From: Nitrososphaera sp.
Lineage (GTDB): Archaea; Thermoproteota; Nitrososphaeria; Nitrososphaerales; Nitrososphaeraceae
Assembly (NCBI GenBank): GCA_035760305.1
Contig: DASTTF010000078.1
Coordinates: 1 to 36,353, forward strand
DNA: 36,353 nt
Reading direction: 5' to 3'
Position numbers and translations under genes: made by a program. Below are positions 16,545 through 25,170 of this stretch, piece by piece (the first letter of the stretch is position 1; each line of letters opens with the position of its first letter). A model generated the notes under the pieces. The model did no database searches, had not been told where the DNA came from, and worked only from the letters and a program-made list of their open reading frames with translations.

Positions 16545-16961
16545 TTGGCTCAGATCGACGAGGATGTCATACGGCTCATAATAAAGCAGAATCACATAGT
16601 TCTTGTAGGCAGCGTCAGCTCCAACGGCATTCCGAACATTTCGCCAAGGTACGTCCTTGGAATATTGAAAAATGAAAAACTGCTCTTTGCAGACGCCTTT
16701 GAAAACAAAACATTTCAAAACATCAACGCGTGGCCCAAGGTGACGGCCGCGGTCTTTGACAAGGACACGCAGGGCGGCTACCAGCTAAAGGGCGAAGCCG
16801 AAGGAATAACGGATCCAAAATTGGTCGCTCAGGCAGAAACCAAGCTCAAGGAATTCGGCATTTACGAAAAGCCAAAAAAGGTGTGGGCTCTGACAGTGAA
16901 AGACGTGTTCTCGCTTGAGCCAAGCGCCAAATCAAGGAACCCCGTCTCATACTTCAGATAA
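16545..16961 (+). CDS. Pyridoxamine 5'-phosphate oxidase-like FMN-binding split-barrel protein
   Basis: VGSVSSNGIPNISPR, FAD...KTFQNI...PKV and GYQLKGEA. Confidence 0.85.
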   Translation: MAQIDEDVIRLIIKQNHIVLVGSVSSNGIPNISPRYVLGILKNEKLLFADAFENKTFQNINAWPKVTAAVFDKDTQGGYQLKGEAEGITDPKLVAQAETKLKEFGIYEKPKKVWALTVKDVFSLEPSAKSRNPVSYFR

Positions 16962-16998
16962 TTGTCTGTTGTACCATTTACACGCACACAGGTTTATC

Positions 16999-18300
16999 GT
17001 GGCAAAATCCAATGAAAACAGGCCGATCCTGAGGGAGAACAATCTGAAAATAGCAATAAAAATTATCATCAGCTTTCTGGCGGTAGCCGCGGTGGCCGCG
17101 CTTGCCGCAGCCTCCTACCTACAGCCGCTCGCCGGGGCCGGCGCGCCGGCAGGCCTGGTACAGGCAATCGTGATAATCGTCGCGTCTTCTATAGGAGTCC
17201 TGGGCGCGCTGCTCGCGGTGCTTGTCCTGCTGCCTTTGCGCAAGATCGGAAGCGACGCCGAGCAGATTGCAAGGGGCAACTATAACACGCAGGTCTACGA
17301 CGGCAAGCTCACAAAGGGCAAGTTCAGGAGCTCTGACGAGCTGTCGCGGCTTGTCATGGCCTTTGAGGTCATGAGGCGCAAGGTGGTCGAAGTGGACACC
17401 TCCCTGGGCAAGCAGATCGAGATCAAGACCTTTGACCTCCAGCGGGTCAACGACGAGCTGGTGGAGAAGGAAAAGGCCCTCCAGCGCACCAATGCCAAAC
17501 TGTCGAGCCAGAGCGAAGATTTGCAAAATATGAACCAGGAGCTGTCGGCCAAGAACGAGGAATTGTCTGACGCCAATGCAAAGCTGCAAAAGCTGGACAA
17601 GATGAAGACAGACTTTATCCTTATCGCCGCTCACGAGCTTAGGACTCCAATCCAGCCGATCATGGGGTCTGTGAAACTAGCAGAAAAGGGCCTGATCACC
17701 AACGAGCAGGCCTGGAAGACCATCGTGACAGATGCCAAGAGGCTGTCGACCGTCGCGACCTACATACTCGACGTCGGAAAAATCGAAAGCGGCAATATGT
17801 CGTACGACATGAAGCCGCTCAGAGTGTCGCAGCTGATAGAGCACATATCGTCTTCGTCGACCAAGTTCGCGACGCAGGACGGGGTCATAAGCATCAGGAT
17901 GGATCTGGACGAGGACGTCCAGATAATGGGAGACAGGGAACGCCTCGTGCAGGCGTTTGCGAACATCATCGACAACGCGGCAAAGTTCGCCAAGAATGGG
18001 ACCATCACGATACAGACGGTCAACAACCATGACGGAGGGCAGGTGGAGATCAAGATAATGGACGACGGCCCCGGCATCCCAGACGAAATACTGCCGGTGC
18101 TATTCAACAAGTTTGTGACCAAGACAAAGGAGAACGAGAGGGGCACCGGCCTCGGCCTGTTCATCACAAAGGCCATAGTGGAGGCGCACAGCGGCAGGAT
18201 ATCGGCGGTGAACAACGCCGGCGACAACAAGGGGGCGACGTTCACGGTGTCGTTCCCGATCCACCAGAAAGAAGCACCTTCGATGACAGTGACCGAATGA
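16999..18300 (+). CDS. Membrane HAMP-domain sensor histidine kinase
   Basis: Two TM helices, HAMP (PLRKI...IARGN...DELSRL...FEVM), a long coiled coil, AAHELRTP, NAAKF, DDGPGI and GTGLGL. Start probably GTG 16999. Confidence 0.92.
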   Translation: MAKSNENRPILRENNLKIAIKIIISFLAVAAVAALAAASYLQPLAGAGAPAGLVQAIVIIVASSIGVLGALLAVLVLLPLRKIGSDAEQIARGNYNTQVYDGKLTKGKFRSSDELSRLVMAFEVMRRKVVEVDTSLGKQIEIKTFDLQRVNDELVEKEKALQRTNAKLSSQSEDLQNMNQELSAKNEELSDANAKLQKLDKMKTDFILIAAHELRTPIQPIMGSVKLAEKGLITNEQAWKTIVTDAKRLSTVATYILDVGKIESGNMSYDMKPLRVSQLIEHISSSSTKFATQDGVISIRMDLDEDVQIMGDRERLVQAFANIIDNAAKFAKNGTITIQTVNNHDGGQVEIKIMDDGPGIPDEILPVLFNKFVTKTKENERGTGLGLFITKAIVEAHSGRISAVNNAGDNKGATFTVSFPIHQKEAPSMTVTE

Positions 18301-18356
18301 TTTTAACAATGACAAACGGTTAGATTTGTTCCATTGTTTTTTGCAGAAGCCCTGCG

Positions 18357-18713
18357 CTAGGCGTCGACCAGAACCTTGAAACCGCCGTAGGCCATGCGCT
18401 TCATGTCGAAAGGCATCGTCTTTGGATCCATGTTCCCAAGCCGCGGGTCCTTCATCACCTTTGCGTTGACGCTATCGCGATGCGCGCGCGACTTGAATAC
18501 GATCCACGAGAAAAACACCGTCTCGCCGCGCTTTAGCTTCATCATGCGCGGGAACGGCATACCCCACTCCGCGTTGAGGTCGTCGGCGATGCATTCCCGG
18601 AATTCGAGCGCGCCGTGCTCCCTCCAAATCTTGCCACCCATCTGCGCCATCCGGCGGTAGGCCCGAACGTTTTTCTTCGGGACGGGCAAGACAAATCCAT
18701 CTATGTATCGCAT
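18357..18713 (-). CDS. DUF1428 family protein (YbaA-like)
   Basis: MRYIDGFVLPVP...WREHGALEF.EC..DD...ETVFFSWI...MPFDMKRMAYGGF. Confidence 0.92.
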   Translation of the reverse strand: MRYIDGFVLPVPKKNVRAYRRMAQMGGKIWREHGALEFRECIADDLNAEWGMPFPRMMKLKRGETVFFSWIVFKSRAHRDSVNAKVMKDPRLGNMDPKTMPFDMKRMAYGGFKVLVDA

Positions 18714-18795
18714 CTGAACTTTCCTTTGCGCTGTCATTGGGTTATTTTTCGTCACGCTGGTAAAAAAGTATAATGTTTTCCGAATCCAATATGAG

Positions 18796-18885
18796 CGGGC
18801 CCGTCGGGATTCGAACCCGAGACAGCCGGATTTCTTTCTTTGATAGTTAAAAGTCCGGTACTCTACCTGGCTGAGCTACGGGCCC
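18796..18885 (-). tRNA. tRNA-Lys (anticodon UUU) with a 16-nt intron at position 37/38
   Basis: GGGCCCG/CGGGCCC acceptor stem, D-arm TAGCTCAGCCAGGTAGAG, anticodon stem CCGGA/TCCGG, loop CT-TTT-A and T-arm GGTTCGAATCC. The intron (18832-18847, ACTATCAAAGAAAGAA) forms a bulge-helix-bulge with central CUUU/AAAG. No encoded CCA. Confidence 0.96.
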
Positions 18886-18967
18886 AAGGCAACTTACGCT
18901 CCTATGCAGCATAATTTAATGGTATATCAACGCTTCAGCATAAAAAGTACGGATTCCATCATTACAG

Positions 18968-19777
18968 GTGCAATCTACGCAGAGAAGACCTTACCTCGCA
19001 ATAATCATTATAGCTTCGGTAGCCTTTGCGGCCGCGGTGGCGGCCTCGCTCACACTGCCGTTTGCAAAAGTGGCGTTTGAAAAGTCGGAGAACCTCTACG
19101 TCATTTACTACGGTCATCTGGTCGATGAAAACGGCGCCATGACAGAAGAAGCGTCGAGGATACTGGCGGCTGGGCCCGAGCTCGTGATAGTGCCATACTC
19201 GTTCCCTGACGGCGAGCTGAACCTGACGCCAGAAGTCCACGAGCAGTTCAGGGGCGCCGGCATCAAGGTGCTGACGTACACGTGGACGAATTACGGCGCC
19301 CGCGACCTCGCCGCTGTCCAGACGGAGATCGATTCCCAGATGGCGTCGGGAGTCGACGGTATTTTCATAGACGAGGTGACCAACATCGTGACGGACGCCG
19401 AGCACGGCTACTATGCGGCGATCTACCAGCACGTCAAAGACTACGGACAGGACAAGCTTGTAATCATGAACCCCGGCCACTACCAGGTCGCCGAGCGGGT
19501 GATGCTGATCTCTGACATCGTTAGCCTTGAGGAAGAGTGGACATACCACGAGCAGATGCCGTGGATGGACAGCTACTCGCCGTCGCGATTCATGGGCGTG
19601 TCCAGCAACGAGTACTGCACGGGCTGCGTGAACGGGTCAAACGCCGCCGCCAAAACCGCGGAGGCGTGGGACGCCGGGATAGGCTACCACTTTGCGACGG
19701 ACAAGTACATCGACCTGCCAGTGTGGTTTGACGGCTATGCTTCGGAGATAAGGGCGGAAAAAACTACGCCGTCATAG
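18968..19777 (+). CDS. Spherulation-specific family 4 (spherulin-4/GH135-like) TIM-barrel protein, membrane anchored or exported
   Basis: N-terminal hydrophobic helix, AGIKVLTYTWTNYGARD, GVDGIFIDEV, VIMNPG and DIVSLEE. Confidence 0.75.
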   Translation: MQSTQRRPYLAIIIIASVAFAAAVAASLTLPFAKVAFEKSENLYVIYYGHLVDENGAMTEEASRILAAGPELVIVPYSFPDGELNLTPEVHEQFRGAGIKVLTYTWTNYGARDLAAVQTEIDSQMASGVDGIFIDEVTNIVTDAEHGYYAAIYQHVKDYGQDKLVIMNPGHYQVAERVMLISDIVSLEEEWTYHEQMPWMDSYSPSRFMGVSSNEYCTGCVNGSNAAAKTAEAWDAGIGYHFATDKYIDLPVWFDGYASEIRAEKTTPS

Positions 19778-20003
19778 GCGGCACGGTCGCGGCCTTGCCG
19801 GCCTGGCGCAAGAACATCGTCAGCAGCTTGTCGCATATTGTCGGCGCGTTCATCCTGATGTCGGCCGTTGCCAGCTTGTTCGACCCGAACAGAAACACGA
19901 CTTCGTCGACGGTAAGGGAATTTTCCCTCATGAGCTTCAGCACGTCTGACTTTGGGGTGTGCAGGAGCTCCATTTTTCTTGGGCGTTCCAACTCCATGCG
20001 CAT
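19764..20003 (-). CDS. Small hypothetical protein
   Basis: 79-aa ORF with ATG start that fills the gap between the spherulin-like and cyclase genes. No recognised motif. Confidence 0.7.
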   Translation of the reverse strand: MRMELERPRKMELLHTPKSDVLKLMRENSLTVDEVVFLFGSNKLATADIRMNAPTICDKLLTMFLRQAGKAATVPPMTA

Positions 20004-20086
20004 GGTTTAGCACTTGCTCTAAAAAGGTTGTTGCAAGGTCGTTCTTGATCAAGCCTCTATAGGAGTGTATAGTAGTACAGCACCTT

Positions 20087-20722
20087 TCAGACTATTGCGA
20101 GCGCGCGTGCCGGCGATCCGGTCGCGCCTCCGAGCTTGAGCGGGCTCAGCACCAGCGTGAACCGGCCTGCTGTTATCTTGCTTACGTTGCAGAGATTTTC
20201 TACAATCAGAACGTTGCGCGGAAGCAGGATGTTGTGGGCGGCGAACCTGCCGTCAGAGCCGGCGTCGATGCTGGGCCCGTCGATCCCTACCGCGTTGACC
20301 CTTTTCCCTGCAAGATATCTTGCGGCCCGCCCTGACAGGCCGGGGTTTTCAGTCATGTAGTTGCTTTTTGTTACATGCTTTTCCCAGCCGGTCGCGATCA
20401 CCACCGCGTCGCCTTTCCTTATCTGCTCACCTGCAAAATCCTCTGGCTCTACCAGCCGGTTTGCCTTTTTGGGCGCCCTTACCAGGACGGCGTTGCAGAC
20501 GAGCCTGCCCGCGGGTATCCTGTCGATGCTTGCAAGGCCGGGGGCAAAGTGAGAAGGGGCGTCGACGTGCGTGCCAGTGTGGGTGCTCATGAACATCGCC
20601 TCCGAGTCATAGCCGTGAGAGTCAAACCTTGACCACGGGATGAACGACGGCCTTGGCGAGCCGGGAAATACCTTCATTGAAGGCGTGATCCTCCTCGTGA
20701 GGTCGATCACTCTCATATGCAT
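20087..20722 (-). CDS. Cyclase family (kynurenine formamidase-like) metal-dependent hydrolase
   Basis: HTGTHVDAPSH, GIDGPSID, IVENLCN and GSPARALA. Confidence 0.93.
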   Translation of the reverse strand: MHMRVIDLTRRITPSMKVFPGSPRPSFIPWSRFDSHGYDSEAMFMSTHTGTHVDAPSHFAPGLASIDRIPAGRLVCNAVLVRAPKKANRLVEPEDFAGEQIRKGDAVVIATGWEKHVTKSNYMTENPGLSGRAARYLAGKRVNAVGIDGPSIDAGSDGRFAAHNILLPRNVLIVENLCNVSKITAGRFTLVLSPLKLGGATGSPARALAIV

Positions 20723-20807
20723 GGTCTGGAGCCGGGGAGCCGTTAATAACTCTGTTTGAGAGGAAACAATACGATCTGTTTAATTACTTACGGCGCCATA
20801 ATTCCAT

Positions 20808-21059
20808 ATGCCAACAGCATACGTCCTTATCAACTGCGACCTGGGTTCGGAAGAAGAAATCATCAAGGAAATCAAAAAGCTGCAAGAAGCTGTTGAAGTG
20901 TCAGGCGTCTATGGAGTGTACGACATTATCGCCAAGATCAGATCAGACTCGATGGACAAATTGCGCGAAACGATAACGTGGCATGTCCGGCGCATCGACA
21001 AGGTGCGGTCCACGCTGACAATGATCGTGATTGAAGGTCAGGGCGACAAAAAGAAATAG
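20808..21059 (+). CDS. Lrp/AsnC ligand-binding-domain-only protein (demi-FFRP)
   Basis: AYVLINC...VYGVYDIIAKI...VRSTLTMIV; no HTH. Confidence 0.92.
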   Translation: MPTAYVLINCDLGSEEEIIKEIKKLQEAVEVSGVYGVYDIIAKIRSDSMDKLRETITWHVRRIDKVRSTLTMIVIEGQGDKKK

Positions 21060-22217
21060 TCAGATCAGGCTCTTGACATAGCTCGCTGCAGTCGCCGCTT
21101 CTTCTTCGCTGTTGAAAAAGTGGGGCGATGCCCTTGCCGCCTTCTTGCCGCCAATGTCTCTTGCGGCGAATATTATGCCGTTCTGCTCCAGCTTTTTCAC
21201 TATCGCCGACGAGTCGGCCGGCGTCGTGAACGTGACGATCGAAGTCCTCCTGTCTTCGTCGTCCGGCCCGTACATCTTTACGCCCGGCATCTTGCCGATT
21301 TCGTAGCGCAGGGCGTTCGCCACTTTCATGTTCCTTTTCCTGACCTGCTCGAGGCCGACCCTGAGTATGTATCTCAGCGACGCTTCAAGCCCCGCCGCCC
21401 CGGGAAAGTTGCGAAAGCCCGCCTGGAACCTTGTCGGCATGTCATAGTACGCGATGACGTTCTGATCCGATAGCGCGGCCGACTCGATACCGATCGCCGG
21501 CGGCGACAGCATTTCAGACGCCTCCCTGCTGCAGTAGAGCGCGCCGATGCCGGTCGGGCCGCAGAGCCACTTGAAGCCGGGGAACGCCATAAAGTGGCAG
21601 CCTATCTTTTTCACGTCGATCGGGATCGTGCCGGCGCTCTGCGCCGCGTCAACGCAGAAAAGCGCGTTGTTTTCCCTTGCGATCCTGCCTGCTTCTTCCA
21701 GCGGCATTATCGCGCCGGTGTTGTACAGCGCGTGGCTCATTGTGACCATCCGCGCCCCCTTCATCGACTTTTCTAGCTCGCCCATGTCAAAGTAGCCGCT
21801 CTCGTCCACGGCAAGCTCTCTCAGCTGCACGCCCTTTCTCTGCGACAGCGAAACCCACGGCAAATAGTTGGCATAGTGCTCGTGCCTGCCGCCTCTCGCC
21901 ACAATGGCGTCGCCCTTCTGCCAGCCGATCCCGTTTGCCACCATGTTGAGCCCTTCAGTCGTGCTCTGGACGAGCACCACTTCGTCGCGCTCGCAGTTTA
22001 TCAGGTGCGCCACCCTTGTGCGCAGCTCGTCAAGCAATGACACGACATAGTCGGAGGTCTGGGGGGCGTCCGGCCCGGCTTCGGCACACTTCAGCATGAA
22101 ATCCGTAACTGCCTTTATCGTCGACAGAGGCGTCGGCGCGACCGCCCCATTGTTCATGTAGATTGTCTTTTTCGTGACCGCAAAATCGCGCCTTATCTGC
22201 TCGTCGATTTCACTCAC
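21060..22217 (-). CDS. Class V PLP-dependent aminotransferase-fold enzyme (C-S lyase/cysteine desulfurase-like)
   Basis: YMNNGAVAP, STTEGLN, EHYAN, VDAAQSAG, PLP lysine in PGFKWLCGPTGIG, and RASPHFFN. Start probably GTG 22217. Confidence 0.9.
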   Translation of the reverse strand: MSEIDEQIRRDFAVTKKTIYMNNGAVAPTPLSTIKAVTDFMLKCAEAGPDAPQTSDYVVSLLDELRTRVAHLINCERDEVVLVQSTTEGLNMVANGIGWQKGDAIVARGGRHEHYANYLPWVSLSQRKGVQLRELAVDESGYFDMGELEKSMKGARMVTMSHALYNTGAIMPLEEAGRIARENNALFCVDAAQSAGTIPIDVKKIGCHFMAFPGFKWLCGPTGIGALYCSREASEMLSPPAIGIESAALSDQNVIAYYDMPTRFQAGFRNFPGAAGLEASLRYILRVGLEQVRKRNMKVANALRYEIGKMPGVKMYGPDDEDRRTSIVTFTTPADSSAIVKKLEQNGIIFAARDIGGKKAARASPHFFNSEEEAATAASYVKSLI

Positions 22218-22237
22218 GTTATATCCAACCTCGTGCA

Positions 22238-22834
22238 ATGGATCAGCAATTGCCCGAGAAGATACTGAGCACGCGTGGCTTAAATACGCTGATGTTCAGC
22301 GACCCGTACGCCAAGCTCTGCTTCACGGCGCAGCTAGCGTCGCAGTTTGAAAAGGTCACCTACATCGACCTTGACACGACGTTCACCGCGTACTTCAACG
22401 CCGGGCTAGTCAAATCAAAAAACGTCGACATCTATTTGCCGTCCGAAGGCCGGCTCGTGCCGATGATAAAGGACGCGCTAGAGTCGATGGGCTCGAGCTC
22501 GCTCGTGATATTCGACTCTGTCAACAGCTTTTACAACCTTTTCCCGGCGCAGGCGACCGGCGGCTTGAACCACCTGCTGTCTGTGCTGCTTATGCTGCTC
22601 GTCCGCCGGGGCGTGGACGGATGCGTCCCGGTGCTGGCGACTAGCATGCTGCGCTACAGGAAGGACGGCGGCTGGGTCCAGTCGCCGGCAAGCCGGAGGC
22701 TCTTACAGTACAAGAGCGCGACAAGGCTTAGCGTCGAGCGGGCAGAAAGCGACATCGTAGTAACAATAGTGGAGCACGAATCGATCCCGGCCGGGACGCG
22801 GGTCGCCTACAATGACAGCCTGATCACAGTTTGA
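22238..22834 (+). CDS. Hypothetical protein with a degenerate RecA/RadB-like fold
   Basis: VTYIDLDTTF and Walker-B-like LVIFDSVNSFY, but no GxxxxGKT. Confidence 0.6.
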   Translation: MDQQLPEKILSTRGLNTLMFSDPYAKLCFTAQLASQFEKVTYIDLDTTFTAYFNAGLVKSKNVDIYLPSEGRLVPMIKDALESMGSSSLVIFDSVNSFYNLFPAQATGGLNHLLSVLLMLLVRRGVDGCVPVLATSMLRYRKDGGWVQSPASRRLLQYKSATRLSVERAESDIVVTIVEHESIPAGTRVAYNDSLITV

Positions 22835-23150
22835 CGTTTACCAGTATAAAGCCGATGAGCATGGCTATGCCAAGCAAGCCAAAGCCCGTGATGAGCAGCG
22901 CCTGCTGCACTTTCGGGTTTGTCGCCCTGCCAGAGTGGTAGAGCATGAAGGCGCCGGCCATGCCTATGAAGAGCACCAGCGTAATGACCACCGTCTCGCC
23001 GATCGTCTGGACAGAGCGCGACGGGAGGATAAAGCCGCCAATGTCCCTGCCCTCAATGATCGCGTTTATCATGCCGGAGGCAAGGGCGAAAAAGACCGCC
23101 AAGTACGCGACGGCGATTACCCATACAAGTTTTGAAGTGCTGCTCAGCAT
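22824..23150 (-). CDS. 3-TM membrane protein resembling the OSTC/DC2 (OST3/OST6-family) transmembrane domain
   Basis: SGMINAIIE...FI...SVQTIGET...G.AG...L..S...PK...LLITGF...VKL. The ORF is solid; the family call rests on a remembered alignment. Confidence 0.6.
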   Translation of the reverse strand: MLSSTSKLVWVIAVAYLAVFFALASGMINAIIEGRDIGGFILPSRSVQTIGETVVITLVLFIGMAGAFMLYHSGRATNPKVQQALLITGFGLLGIAMLIGFILVNVKL

Positions 23151-23198
23151 GGAGGTTGTTATATAATCCTTAAAATCCAGACTCTAAATAAACCTTCC

Positions 23199-23420
23199 AT
23201 GACTACGGAGAAATGCGCCGCGTGCCACAGAAAAGCTATGCCTGACGGCAGGTACTGCCTGCATCACCGGCAGGCTCTTGACAGCGTGACGGGCCACTAC
23301 CGGGTGTGGGTCGACGCGTACGGCGGCATTTCGTGGGAAGAATTTCTGATCAGGCTGTCAAAAATGCAGGAGACAGGAAGCTGGGTAAAAGAAGTGATCG
23401 AAGCAGAGTCAAAAAAGTAG
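23199..23420 (+). CDS. Small hypothetical protein with an N-terminal CxxC...CxxH metal-binding motif
   Basis: CAAC...YCLHH; TATA-like TTAAAA at about 23170. Confidence 0.75.
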   Translation: MTTEKCAACHRKAMPDGRYCLHHRQALDSVTGHYRVWVDAYGGISWEEFLIRLSKMQETGSWVKEVIEAESKK

Positions 23421-23431
23421 GGGTGGAGATC

Positions 23432-25102
23432 CTACATCTCCATGCCGCCCATTCCGGGTGGCATACCGCCCATTCCTCCCATCCCGCCTGGAGGGCCGGA
23501 CGGTCCGCTTGACTTACTCGAAGCAATGACGTCGTCGATCCTCAGGATCATCGACGCTACCTCTGTCGCGGACTTTATTATCTGCTCCTTGACCACAAGC
23601 GGCTCCACGATGTCGAGCTTGCTCATGTCGGCGATCTTGCCGTTCCTTGCGTCGACGCCGGTCCACTTTGCTCCCTTGCTCTGCTTTGAGCGCAGCTCTG
23701 TGAGCGTGTCTATCGGATCCATGCCCGCGTTCTCTGCAAGGGACAGCGGTATCACTTCAAGGGCCTCTGCGAACTTTTCCGCAGCCAGCTGCTCCCTGCC
23801 AGAGAGCGTGCTTGCCCATTCCCTGAGCTTTGACGCGGCGTATGCCTCTGGTGCTCCTCCGCCTGCAACGATCGCCGGCTTTTCAAGGACGTCCTTTGAA
23901 ACCATCAGCGCGTCGTGCACCGACCTGTCGGCCTCGTCCACGACCCTCTGCGAGCCGCCCCTTATCAGGATGGTCACGGACTTGGGGTGCTTGCACCCTT
24001 CGATAAAGACCCACTTGTCTGTTTCAACCTTCCTTTCTTCGACCAGCTCGGCGGCGCCGAGATCCTTTGCGGTCAGGTCGTCTAGGTTGTTGACGGTCCT
24101 TGCGCCCGTTGCGCGGGCCATCTTGGTCATGTCAGACTCTTTGACTCTTCTTACTGCAAGGATGTTGGCCTTGGCCAGGTAGTGCTGCGCAATGTCGTCC
24201 ATGCCCTTCTGGCAAACCACGACGTTTGCGCCGCTTGCGATGATCTTGTCGACCATCGATTTCAGCATGCGGTTTTCTTCGTCAAGGAACATCTTCATCT
24301 GGTCCGGCGAGCTGATGTTTATCTTGGCGTCAAACTCTGTCTTCTCAATCTCTAGCGCCGAGTTGATTAGGGCGATCTTGGCGTTCTGCATCTTTTTCGG
24401 CATGCCGCCATGCACCACTTCCTTGTCAAGGACTATGCCCTTGATCAGCTTTGTGTCGCGGATGCTGCCGCCGGCCTTCTTTTCGACCTTGATGTCGTCG
24501 ATGTCCATCCTGTAGCCGTCGTCGGTCTTCTCGGCGACTGACAGGGACGCGTTGACCACTATCTGCGCCAGGTCGTCGGCTTCCCTTGACACCATCTTTG
24601 TCTGCATCGACGTCTTGGCTATCCTTATCAGCTCTGCCTTTTCGTTGCCCACGATTTTCTGCGCGATGCTGTTGAGCACTTCGATCGCCTTTGTCGCGCT
24701 CTTTCTGTAGCCGTCGACAATAATCGTCGGGTGCACGTCCTTGTTGATCAGCTCTTCTGCCTTTTCAATGAGCGCGCCGGCCAGCACCACCACGGAGGTC
24801 GTGCCGTCGCCGACTTCGTTGTCTGTCGCCTTGCTGATCTCTACCATCATCTTTGCCGCCGGGTGCTGCACGTCTATTTCCTTCAAGATCGTCGCGCCGT
24901 CGTTTGTTATCGTCACGTCGCCAAGGGTGTCTACAAGCATCTTGTCCATGCCCCTTGGGCCGAGAGAACTCCTGACTATCTCTGCTATCAGTTTTGCAGC
25001 AGTGATGTTGTTCTTTTGCGCGTCGCGGCCCTTCGTCTGCGACGACCCTTCCTTCAAGATTAACACTGGAACGCCTCCAGCTGATCCCTGTTGTATTGAC
25101 AT
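23432..25102 (-). CDS. thsB: Thermosome subunit (group II chaperonin)
   Basis: [26 protein letters not shown] and a GGM-rich tail; SD AGGAGG upstream. Alpha versus beta assignment uncertain. Confidence 0.95.
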   Translation of the reverse strand: MSIQQGSAGGVPVLILKEGSSQTKGRDAQKNNITAAKLIAEIVRSSLGPRGMDKMLVDTLGDVTITNDGATILKEIDVQHPAAKMMVEISKATDNEVGDGTTSVVVLAGALIEKAEELINKDVHPTIIVDGYRKSATKAIEVLNSIAQKIVGNEKAELIRIAKTSMQTKMVSREADDLAQIVVNASLSVAEKTDDGYRMDIDDIKVEKKAGGSIRDTKLIKGIVLDKEVVHGGMPKKMQNAKIALINSALEIEKTEFDAKINISSPDQMKMFLDEENRMLKSMVDKIIASGANVVVCQKGMDDIAQHYLAKANILAVRRVKESDMTKMARATGARTVNNLDDLTAKDLGAAELVEERKVETDKWVFIEGCKHPKSVTILIRGGSQRVVDEADRSVHDALMVSKDVLEKPAIVAGGGAPEAYAASKLREWASTLSGREQLAAEKFAEALEVIPLSLAENAGMDPIDTLTELRSKQSKGAKWTGVDARNGKIADMSKLDIVEPLVVKEQIIKSATEVASMILRIDDVIASSKSSGPSGPPGGMGGMGGMPPGMGGMEM

Positions 25103-25170
25103 TTTCTCATATTCCTCCTAAAATTGTAAATTTAAAGGGCTCTTGCGGGATATTTTAAATTTGCTACAAG

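Noticed and set aside
18796-18830. tRNA-Lys 3' end as the att site of an integrated element
   Set aside because: I found no second copy of the tRNA 3' sequence and no integrase in the window (visual search only).
18832-18847. tRNA intron as a novelty
   Set aside because: A canonical 37/38 bulge-helix-bulge intron is ordinary for archaeal tRNAs.
23435-23500. Repetitive GGM-coding sequence
   Set aside because: This is the standard Gly/Met-rich chaperonin tail.
23442-25121. Long antisense ORFs over the thermosome (and over ilvC, the kinases and the subtilase)
   Set aside because: These are shadow frames produced by GC-rich codon bias, with Ser/Pro/Arg-rich composition and no motifs.
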